Assembly (NCBI RefSeq): GCF_009914755.1
Contig: NC_060937.1
DNA length: 64,000 nt
Direction: 5' to 3' (one strand)
Source: the human T2T-CHM13v2.0 reference genome, Homo sapiens
In this document: piece after piece, positions 16,660 to 30,400 of the stretch
Layout: every line of letters begins with the position of its first letter
Numbering within the stretch: the first letter of the stretch is position 1
Translations under genes and position numbers: made by a program
Notes under the pieces: generated by a model
What the model saw: the letters and a program-made list of their open reading frames with translations, nothing else
What the model was told of the DNA's origin: nothing
The model's database searches: none

Positions 16660-18480
16660 GTGTACATAAAATATCAAAGTACCCAAACTATACCTTATAT
16701 ACTGTACATAAAATATGAAATTACATCAAATATATATTATATTAGGTACATAAAATATGAAAGTACATCAAATATAGATTATATACTGTACATAAAATAC
16801 CAAAGTACCCCAAATATATATTTTATACTGTACATGAAATATCAAAGTTCAAAAACTATATATTATATACTGTACATAAAATATCAAAGTACCCAAGGTA
16901 TATATTGTATACTGTACAAAAAATATCAAAGTACCCAAACATGTATTATATACTGTACATGAAATATGAAAGTACATCAAATATATATTTTATTCTGTAC
17001 ATAAAATATCAAAGTACACCAAATATATATTCTATAGTGTACATAAAATATCAAAGTACCCAAACTATACCTTATATACTGTACATAAAATATGAAATTA
17101 CATCAAATATATATTATATTAGGTACAGAAAATATGAAAGTACATCAAATATAGATTATATACTGTATATAAAATATCAAAGTACCCAAGGTATATATTC
17201 TATACTGTACATGAAATATCAAAGTTCACAAACTATATATTATATACTGTACATAAAATATCAAAGTACCCAAGGTATATATTCTATACTGTACAAAAAA
17301 TATCAAAGTACCCAAACATGTATTATATACTGTACATGAAATATGAAAGTACATCAAATATATATTTTATTCTGTATATAAAATATCAAAGTACACCAAA
17401 TATATATTATATAGTGTACATAAAATATCAAAGTACCCAAACTATACCTTATATACTGTACATAAAATATGAAATTACATCAAATATATATTATATTAGG
17501 TACATAAAATATGAAAGTACATCAAATATAGATTATATACTGTACATAAAATACCAAAGTACCCCAAATATATATTTTATACTGTACATGAAATATCAAA
17601 GTTCACAAACTATATATTATATACTGTACATAAAATATCAAAGTACCCAAGGTATATATTCTATACAGTACAAAAAATATCAAAGTACCCAAACATGTAT
17701 TATATACTGTACATGAAATATGAAAGTACATCAAATATATATTTTATTCTGCACATAAAATATCAAAGTACACCAAATATATATTCTATAGTGTACATAA
17801 AATATCAAAGTACCCAAACTATACATTATATACTGTACATAAAATATGAAATTACATCAAATATATATTATATTAGGTACATAAAATATGAAAGTACATC
17901 AAATATAGATTATATACTGTACATAAAATACCAAAGTACCCCAAATATATATTTTATACTGTACATGAAATATCAAAGTTCACAAACTATATATTATATA
18001 CTGTACATAACATATAAAAGTACCCAAGGTATATATTCTATACTGTACAAAAAATATCAAAGTACCCAAACATGTATTATATACTGTACATGAAATATGA
18101 AAGTACATCAAATATATATTTTATTCTGTATATAAAATATCAAAGTACACCAAATATATATTCTATAGTGTACATAAAATATCAAAGTACACAAACTATA
18201 CCTTATATACTGTACATAAAATATGAAATTACATCAAATATATATTATATTAGGTACATAAAATAGGAAAGTACATCAAATATAGATTATATACTGTACA
18301 TAAAATACCAAAGTACCCCAAATATATATTTTATACTGTACATGAAATATCAAATTTCACAAACTATATATTATATACTGTACATAAAATATCAAAGTAC
18401 CCAAGGTATATATTCTATACTGTACAAAAAATATCAAAGTACCCAAACATGTATTATATACTGTACATAAAATATGAAAG
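16660..18480 (+). repeat. Local run of a 377-bp HOR variant (1-bp deletion in monomer 7), five consecutive units
   Basis: ACCCAAACATG (consensus ACCCAAAGCATG or ACCCAAAACATG) occurs at 16933, 17310, 17687, 18064 and 18441, an exact 377-bp spacing. Confidence 0.92.
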
Positions 18481-21400
18481 TACATCAAATATATATTTCA
18501 TTCTGTACATAAAATATCAAAGTACACCAAATATATATTCTATAGTGTACATAAAATATCAAAGTACCCAAACTATACATTATATACTGTACCTAAAATA
18601 TGAAATTACATCAAATATGTATTATATTAGGTAAATAAAATATGAAAGTACAACAAATATAGATTATGTAATGTACATAAAATACCAAATACCCCAAATA
18701 TATATTTTACACTGTACATGCAATATCAAAGCTCACAAACTATATATTATATACTGTACATAAAATATCAAAGTACAGAAGGTATATATTCTATACTGTA
18801 CAAAAAATATCAAAGTACCCAAAGCATGTATTAAATACTGTACATAAAATATGAAAGTACATCAAATATATATTTTATTCTGTACATAAAATATCAAAGT
18901 ACACCAAATATATATTCTATAGTGTACATAAAATATCAAAGTACCCAAACTCTACATTATATACTGTACATAAAATATGAAATTACATCAAATCTATATA
19001 ACATTAGGTACATAAAATATGAAAGTACATCAAATATAAATTATATACTGTACATAAAATACCAAAGTATCCCAAATATATATTATATACTGTACATGAA
19101 ATATCAAAGTTCACAAACTATATATTATATACTGTACATAAAATATCAAAGTACCCAAGGTATATATTCTATACTGTACAAAAAATATCAAAGTACCCAA
19201 AGCATGTATTATATACTGTATATAAAATATGAAAGTACATCAAATATATATTTAATTGTGTACATAAAATATCAAAGTACACCAAATATGTATTCTATAG
19301 TGTACATAAAATATCAAAGTACCCAAACTATACATTATATACTGTACATAAAATATGAAATTACATCAAATATATATTATATTAGGTACATAAAATATGA
19401 AAGTACATCAAATATAGATTATATACTGTACATAAAATACCAAAGAACCCCAAATATATATTATATACTGTACATGAAATATCAAAGTTCACAAACTATA
19501 TATTATATACTGTACATAAAATATCAAAGTACCCAAGGTATACATTATATACTGTACACAAAATATGAAATTACATCAAATATATGTTATATTAGGTACA
19601 TAAATTATGAAAGTACATCAAATATAAATTATATACTGTACATAAAATATCAAATTACCTCAAATATATATTATATACTGTACATGAAATATCAAAGCTC
19701 ACAAACTATATATTATATACTGTACATAAAATATCAAAGTACCCAAGGTATATATTCTATACTGTACAAAAAATATCAAAGTACCCAAACATGTATTATA
19801 TACTGTTCATAAAATATGAAAGTACATCAAATATATATTTAATTCTTTACATAATATATCAAAGTACACCAAATATATATTCTATAGTGTACATAAAATA
19901 TCAAAGTACCCAAACTATACATTACATACTGTACATGAAATATGAAATTACATCAAATATATATTATATTAGTTACATAAAATATGAAAGTACATCAAAT
20001 ATAGATTATACACTGTACATAAAATTCCAAAGAACCCCAAATATATATTATATACTGTACATGAAATATCAAAGTTCACAAACTATATATTATATACTGT
20101 ACATAAAATATCAAAGTACCCAAGGTATATATTCTGTACTGTACAAAAAATATCAAAGTACCCAAAGCATGTATTATATACTGTTAATAAAATATGAAAG
20201 TACATCAAATATATATTTTATTCTGTACATAAAATATCAAAGTACACCAAATATATATTCTATAGTGTACATAAAATATCAAATTACCCAAACTATACAT
20301 TATATACTGTACATAAAATATGAAATTACATCAAATATATATTATATTAGGTACATAAAATATGAAAGTACATCAAATATAGATTATATACTGTACATAA
20401 AATACCAAAGAACCCCAAATATATATTATATACTGTACATGAAATATCAAAGTTCACAAACTATATATTATATACTGTACATAAAATATCAAAGTACCCA
20501 AGGTATATATTCTATACTGTTCAAAAAATATCAAAGTACCCAAAGCATGTATGATATACTGTTCATAAAATATGAAAGTACATCAAATATATATTTTATT
20601 CTGTACATAAAATATCAAAGTACACCAAATATATATTCTATAGTGTACATAAAATATCAAATTACCCAAACTATACATGATATACTGTACATAAAATATG
20701 AAATTACATCAAATATATATTATATTAGGTACATAAAATATGAAAGTACCTCAAATATAGATTATATACTGTACATAAAATACCAAAGAACCCCAAATAT
20801 ATATTATATACTGTACATGAAATATCAAAGTTCACAAAGTATATATTATATACTGTACATAAAATATCAAAGTACCCAAGGTATATATTCTATACTGTAC
20901 AAAATATCAAATTACCCAAAACAGGTATTATATACTGTTCATAAAATATGAAAGTACATCAAATATATATTTTATTCTGTACATAAAATATCAAAGTACA
21001 CCAAATATATATTCTATAGTGCACATAAAATATCAAAGTACCCAAACTATACATTATATACTGTACATAAAATATGAAATTACATCAAATATATATTATA
21101 TTAGGTACATAAAATATGAAAGTACATGAAATATATATTATATACTGTACATAAAATACCAAAGTACCCCAAATATATATATTATATTGTACATGAAATA
21201 TCAAAGTTCACAAACTATATATTATATACTGTACATAAAATATGAATGTATCCAAGGTATATATTCTATACTATACAAAAAGTATCAAAGTTCCCAAAAC
21301 ATGTATTATATACTGTACATAAAATATGAAAGTGCATCAAATATATATTTTATTCTGTACATAAAATATCAAAGTACACCAAATATATATTCTATACTGT

Positions 21401-21750
21401 ACAAAAAATATCAAAGCACCCAAACTATACATTATGTACTGTACATAAAATATGAAATTACATCAAATATATATTAGTTACATAAAATATGAAAGTACAT
21501 CAAATATAGATTATATCCTCTACGTAAAATACCAAAGTACCCCAAATAAATATTTTATACTGTACATGAAATATCAAAGTTCACAAACTATATATTATAT
21601 ACTGCACATAAAATATCAAATCACCCAAGGTATATATTCTATACTATACAAAAAATATCAAAGTACCCAAAGCATGTATTATATACTGTACATAAAATAG
21701 GAAAGTACATCAAATATATATTTTATTCTGTACATAAAATATCAAAGTAC
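18110..21750 (+). repeat. Dispersed copy of blocks found at 2.85-6.35 kb (permuted order) and at 56.1-58.6 kb
   Basis: GTAAATAAAA...CAACAAA...TATGTAATG occurs at 4821, 18631, 56225 and 60172. GCATGTATGATATACTGTTC occurs at 3131, 20545 and 58140. Confidence 0.85.
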
Positions 21751-22029
21751 ACCAAATATATATTCTATAGTGTACATAAAATATCAAAGTACCCAAACTA
21801 TACATTACATACTGTACATGAAATATGAAATTACATCAAATATATATTATATTAGTTACATAAAATATGAAAGTACATCAAATATAGATTATACACTGTA
21901 CATAAAATACCAAAGAACCCCAAATATATATTATATACTGTACATGAAATATCAAAGTTCACAAACTATATATTATATACTGTACATAAAATATCAAAGT
22001 ACCCAAGGTATATATTCTGTACTGTACAA

Positions 22030-24430
22030 AAAATATCAAAGTACCGAAAGCATGTATTATATACTGTACATAAAATATGAAAGTACATGAAATATATATT
22101 TTATTCTGTACAAAAAATATCAAAGTACACCAAATATATATTCTATAGTGTACATAAAATATCAAAGTACCCAAACTATACGTTACATACTGTACATAAA
22201 ATGTGAAATTACATCAAATATATATTATATTAGGTACATAAAATATGAAAGTACATCAAATATAGTTTATATACTGTACATAAAATACCAAAGTACCCCA
22301 AATATATATTTTATACTGTACATGAAATATCAAAGTTCACAAACTATATATTATATACTGTACATAAAATATGAATGTACCCAAGGTATATATTCTATAC
22401 TGTACAAACAGTATCAAAGTACCCAAACCATGTATTATATACTGTACATAAAATATGAAAGTACATCAAATATATATTTTATTCTGTACATAAAATATCA
22501 AAGTACACCAAATATATATTCTATAGTGTACATAAAATATTAAAGTACAAAAACTATACAATATATACTGTTCATAAAATATGAAATTACATCAAATATA
22601 TATTATATTAGGTATATAAAATATTAAAGTACATCAAATATAGATTATATACTGTACATAAAATACCATAGTACCCCAAATATATATTTTATACTGTACA
22701 TGAAATATCCAAGTTCACAAACTATATATTATATACTGTACATAAAATATCAAAGTACCCAAGGTATATATTTTATACTGTACAAAAAATATCAAAGTAC
22801 CGAAAGCATGTATTATATACTGTACATAAAATATGAAAGTACATGAAATATATATTTTATACTGTACATAAAATATCAAAGTACACCAAATATATATTCT
22901 ATAGTGTACATAAAATATCAAAGTACCCAAACTATACGTTACATACTGTACATAAAATATGAAATTACATCAAATATATATTATATTAGGTACATAAAAT
23001 ATGAAAGTACATCAAATATAGATTATATACTGTACATAAAATACCAAAGTACCCCAAATATATATTTTATACTCTACATGAAATATCAAAGTTCACAAAC
23101 TATATATTATATACTGTACATAAAATATGAATGTACCCAAGGTATATATTCTATACTGTACAAACAGTATCAAAGTACCCAAACCATGTACTATATACTG
23201 TACATAAAATATGAAAGTGCATCAAATATATATTTTATTCTGTACATAAAATATCAAAGTACACCAAATATATATTCTATAGTGTACATAAAATATTAAA
23301 GTACAAAAACTATACAATATATACTGTTCATAAAATATGAAATTACATCAAATATATATTATATTAGGTACATAAAATATGAAAGTACATCAAATATAGA
23401 TTATATACTGTACATAAAATACCAAAGTACCCCAAATATATATTTTATACTGTACATGAAATATCGAAGTTCACAAACTATATATTATATACTGTACATA
23501 AAATATCAAAGTACCCAAGGTATATATTTTATACCGTACAAAAAATATCAAAGTACCGAAAGCATGTATTATATACTGTACATAAAATATGAAAGTACAT
23601 GAAATATATATTTTATTCTGTACAAAAAATATCAAAGTACACCAAATATATATTCTATAGTGTACATAAAATATCAAAGTACCCAAACTATACATTACAT
23701 ACTGTACATAAAATATGAAACTACATCAAACATATATTATATTAGGTACATAAAATATGAAAGTACATCAAATATAGATTATATACTGTACATAAAATAC
23801 CAAAGTACCCCAAATATATATTTTATACTGTACATGAAATATCAAAGTTCACAAACTATATATTATATACTGCACATAAAATATCAAAGTACCCAAGTTA
23901 TATATTCTATACTGTACAAAAAATATCAAAGTACCCAAACCATGTATTATATACTGTACACAAAATATGAATGTACATCAAATATATATTTTATCCTGTA
24001 CATAAAATATCAAAGTACACCAAATATATATTCTATAGTGTACATAAAATATTAAACTACAAAAACTATACATTATATACTGTTCATAAAATATGAAATT
24101 ACATCAAATATATATTATATTAGGTACATAAAATATGAAAGTATATCAAATATAGATTATATACTGTACATAATATACCAAAGTACCCCAAATATATATT
24201 TTATACTGTCCATGAAATATCCAAGTTCACAAACTATATATTATGTACTGTACATAAAATATCAAAGTACCCAAGGTATACATTTTATACTGTACAAAAA
24301 ATATCAAAGTACCGAAAGCATGTATTATATACTGTACATAAAATATGAAAGTACATGAAATATATATTTTATTCTGTACAAAAAATATCAAAGTACACCA
24401 AATATATATTCTATAGTGTACATAAAATAT
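22030..24430 (+). repeat. 756-bp (18-monomer, HOR dimer) periodic domain, about 3 units
   Basis: ACCGAAAGC occurs at 22043, 22799, 23555 and 24311. ORF starts at 22148, 22904, 23660 and 24416 are each 756 apart. Confidence 0.9.
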
Positions 24431-27400
24431 CAAAGTACCCAAACTATACATTATATACTGTACATAAAATATGACATTACATCAAATAAATATTATGTTA
24501 TGTACAGAAAATATGAAAATACATCAAATATAGATTATATACTGTACATAAAATATCAAAGCACCCCAAATATATATTATATACTCTACATGAAATATCA
24601 AATTTCACAAACTATATATTATATACTGCACATAAAATATCATAGTACCCAAGGTATATATTCTATACTCTACAAAAAATATCAAAGAACCCAAAGCATG
24701 TATTATATACTGTACATAAAATATGAAAGTACATCAAATATATATTTTATTCTGTACATAAAATATCAAAGTACACCAAATATATATTCTATACTGTACA
24801 TAAAATATCAAAGTACCCAAACTATACATTATATAGTGTACATAAAATATGAAATTACATCAAATATATATTATATTAGGTACAGAAAATATGAAAATAC
24901 ATCCAATATAGATTATATACTGTACATAAAATACCAAAGGACCACAAATGTATATTTTATACTGTACATGAAATATCAAAGTTCACAAGCTATATATCAT
25001 ATACTGTACATAAAATATCAAAGTACTCAAGGTATATATTCTATACTGTACAAAAAATATCAAAGTACCCAAAACATGTATTATATACTGTACATAAAAT
25101 ATGAAAGTACATCAAATATATATTTTATTCTGTACATAAAATATCAAAGTACACCAAAGATATATTCTATAGTGTACATAAAATATCAAAGTAGCCAAAC
25201 TATACATTATATACTGTACATAAAATATGAAATTACATCAAATATATATTATATTAGGTACATAAAATATGAAAGTACATCAAATATAGATTATATACTG
25301 TACATAAAATACCAAAGTACCCCAAATATATATATTATATTGTACATGAAATATCAAAGTTCACAAACTATATATTATATACTGTACATAAAATATCAAA
25401 GTACCCAAGGTATATATTCTATACTGTACAAAAAATATCAAAGTACCCAAAGCATGTATTATATACTGTACATGAAATATGAAAGTACATCAAATATATA
25501 TTTTATTCTGTACATAAAATATCAAAGTACACCAAATATATATTCTATACTGTACATAAAATATCAAAGTACCCAAACTATACATTATATACTGTACGTA
25601 AAATATGAAATTACATCAAATATATATTATATTAGGTACATAAAATATGAAAGTACATCAAATATAGATTATATACTGTACATAAAATACCAAAGTACCA
25701 CAAATATATATTTTTTACTGTACATGAGATATCAAAGTTCACAAACTATATATTATATACTGTACATAAAATATCAAAGTACTCAAGGTATATATTCTAT
25801 ACTGTACAAAAAATATCAAAGTACCCAAAGCATGTATTATATACTGTACATAAAATATGAAAGTACATGAAATATATTTTTATTCTGTACAAAAAATATC
25901 AAAGTACACCAAATATATATTCTATACTGTACATAAAATATTAAAGTACCCAAACTATACATTATATACTGTACATAAAATATGAATTTAAATCAAATAT
26001 ATATTATATTAGGTACAGAAAATATGAAAGTACATCAAATATAGATTATATACTCTACATAAAATATCAAAGTACCCCAAATATATATAATATACTGTAC
26101 ATGAAATATCAAAGTTCACAAACTATATATTATATACTGTACATAAAATATGAATGTACCCAAGGTATATATTCTATACTATACAAAAACTATCAAAGTA
26201 CCCAAAACATGTATTATATACTATATATAAAATATGAAAGTGCATCAAATATATATTTTATTCTGTACATAAAATAAAAAAGTACACCAAATATATATTC
26301 TATACTGTACATAAAATATCAAAGTACACAAACTATACATTATATACAGAACATAAAATATGAAATTACATCAAATATATATTAGTTACATAAAATATTA
26401 AAGTACATCAAATATAGATTATATACTGTACTTAAAATACCAAAGTACCCCAAATATATATATTATATTGTACATGAAATATCAAAGTTCACAAACTATA
26501 TATTATATACTGCACATAAAATATCAAATCACCCAAGGTATATATTCTATACTGTACAAAAAATATCAAAGTACCCAAAGCATGTATTATATACTGTACA
26601 TAAAATATGAAAGTACATCAAATATATATTTTATTCTGTACATAAAATATCAAAGTACACCAAATATATATTCTATAGTGTACATAAAATATCAAAGTAC
26701 CCAAACTATACATTATATACTGTACATAAAATATGAAATTACATCAAATATATATTATATTAGGTACATAAAATATGAAAGTACATCAAAAATAGATTAT
26801 ATACTGTACATAAAATACCAAAGTACCCCATATAAATATTTTATACTGAACATGAAATATCAAAATTCACAAACTATATATTATATACTGTACATAAAAT
26901 ATCAAATCACCCATGGTATCTATTCTATACTGTACAAAAAATATCAAAGTACCCAAAGCATGTATTATATACTGTACATAAAATATGAAAGTTCATCAAA
27001 TATATATTTTATTCTGTACATAAAATATCAAAGTACACCAAATATATATTATAAACTGTACATGCAATATCAAAGTTCACAAACTATATATCATATACTG
27101 TACATAAAATATCAAAGTACCGAAGGTATATATTCTATACTGTCCAAAAAATATCAAAGTACCCAAAGCATGTATTATATACTGTACATAAAATATGAAA
27201 GTACATCAAATATATATTTTATTCTGTACATAAAATATCAAAGTACACCAAATATATATTCTATAGTGTACATAAAATATCAAAGTACCCAAACTATACA
27301 TTATATACTGTACATAAAATATGAAATTACATCAAATATATATTATAATAGGTACATAAAATATGAAAGTACATCAAATATAAATTATATACTGTACATA

Positions 27401-30400
27401 AAATACCAAAGAACCCCAAATATGTATTATATACTGTACATGAAATATCAAAGTTCACAAACTATATATTATATACTGTACATAAAATATCAAAGTACCC
27501 AAGGTATATATTCTATACTGTACAAAAAATATCAAAGTACCCAAAGCATGTATTATATACTGTACATAAAATATGAAAGTACATCAAATATATATTTTAT
27601 TCTGTACATAAAATATCAAAGTACACCAAATATATATTCTATAGTGTACATAAAATATCAAAGTACCCAAACTATACATTATATACTGTACATAAAACAT
27701 GAAATTACATCCAATATTTATTATATTAGGTCCATAAAATATGAAAGTACATCAAATATAAATTATATACTGTACATAAAATACCAAAGTACCCCAAATA
27801 TATATTATATACTGTACATGAAATATCAAAGTTCACAAACTATATATTATATACTGTACATAAAATATCAAAGTACCCAAGGTATATATTCTATACTGTA
27901 CAAAAAATATCAAAGTACCCAAAGCATGTATTATGTACTGTACATAAAATATGAAAGTACATCAAATATATATTTTATTCTGTACATAAAATATCAAAGT
28001 ACACTAAATATATATTCTATAGTGCACATAAAATATCAAAGTACCCAAACTATACATTATATACTGTACATAAAATATGAAATTACATCAAATATATATT
28101 ATATTAGGTACATAAAATATGAAAGTACATCAAATATAGATTATATACTGTACATAAAATACCAAAGTACCCCAAATACATATTATATACTGTACATGAA
28201 ATATCAAAGTTCACAAACTATATATTATATACTGTACATAAAATATCAAAGTACCCAAGGTATATATTCTATACTGTACAAAAAATATCAAAGTACCCAA
28301 AGCAAGTATTATATACTGTACATAAAATATGAAAGTACATCAAATATATATTTTATTCTGTACATAAAATATCAAAGTACACCAAATATATATTCTATAC
28401 TGTACAAAAAATATCAAAGTACCCAAAGCAAGTATTATATACTGTACATAAAATATGAAATTACATCAAATATATATTATATTATGTACATAAAATATGA
28501 AAGTACATCAAATATAAATTATATACTGTACATAAAATACCAAAGTACCCCAAATATATATTATAAACTGTACATGCAATATCAAAGTTCACAAACTATA
28601 TATCATATACTGTACATAAAATATCAAAGTACCGAAGGTATATATTCTATACTGTCCAAAAAATATCAAAGTACCCAAAGCATGTATTATATACTGTACA
28701 TAAAATATGAAAGTACATCAAATATATATTTTATTCTGTACATAAAATATCAAAGTACACCAAATATATATTCTATAGTGTACATAAAATATCAAAGTAC
28801 CCAAACTATACATTATATACTGTACATAAAACATGAAATTACATCCAATATATATTATATTAGGTACATAAAATATGAAAGTACATCAAATATAAATTAT
28901 ATACTGTACATAAATTCCAAAGTACCCCAAATATATATTATATACTGTACATGAAATATCAAAGTTCACAAACTATATATTATATACTATACATAAAATA
29001 TCAAAGTACCCACGGTATATATTCTACACTGTACAAAAAATATCAAAGTACCCAAAGCATGTATTATATACTGTACATAAAATATGAAAGTACATCAAAT
29101 ATATATTTTATACTGTACATAAAATATCAAAGTACACTAAATATATATTCTATAGTGTACATAAAATATCAAAGTACCCAAACTATACATTATATACTGT
29201 ACAGAAAATATGAAATTACATCAAATATATATTATATTAGGTATATAAAATATGAAAGTACATCAAATATAGATTATATACTGTACATAAAATACCAAAG
29301 TACCCCAAATACATATTGTATACTGTACATGAAATATCAAAGTTCACAAACTATATATTATATAGTGTACATAAAATATCAAAGTACCCATGGTATATAT
29401 TCTATACTGTACAAAAAATATCAAAGTACCCAAAGCAAGTAGTATATACTGTACATAAAATATGAAAGTACATCAAATATATATTTCATTCTGTACATAA
29501 AATATCAAAGTACACCAAATATATATTCCATAGTGTACATAAAATATCAAAGTACCCAAACTATACATTATATACTGTACATAAAATATGAAATTACATC
29601 AAATATATATTATATTACATACATAAAATATGAAAGTACATCAAATATAAATTATATACTGTACATAAAATACCAAAGTACACCAAATATATATTATATA
29701 CTGTACATGAAATATCAAAGTTCACAAACTATATATTATATACTGTACATAAAATATCAAAGTACCCAAGGTATATATTCTATACTGTACAAAAAATATC
29801 AAAGTACGCAAAGCATGTATTATATACTGTTAATAAAATATGAAAGTACATCAAATATATATTTTATTCTGTACATAAAATATCAAAGTACCCAAACAAT
29901 ACATTATATACTGTACATAAAATATGAAATTACATCAAATATATATTATAATAGGTACACAAAATATGAAAGTACATCAAATATAAATTATATACTGTAC
30001 ATAAAATACCAAAGAACCCCAAATATATTATATACTGTACATGAAATATCAAAGTTCAGAAACTATATATTATATACTGTTCATAAAATATCAAAGTACC
30101 GAAAGTATATATTCTATACTATACAAAAAATATCAAAGTACCCAAAGCATGTATTATATACTGTTCATAAAATATGAAAGTACATCAAATATATATTTTA
30201 TTCTGTACATAAAATATCAAAGTACACTAAATATATATTCTATAGTGTACATAAAATATCAAAGTACCCAAACTATACATTATGTACTGTACATAAAATA
30301 TGAAATTACATCAAATATATATTATATTAGGTACATAAAATATGAAAGTACATCAAATATATATTATATACTGTACATAACATACCAAAGTACCCCAAAT

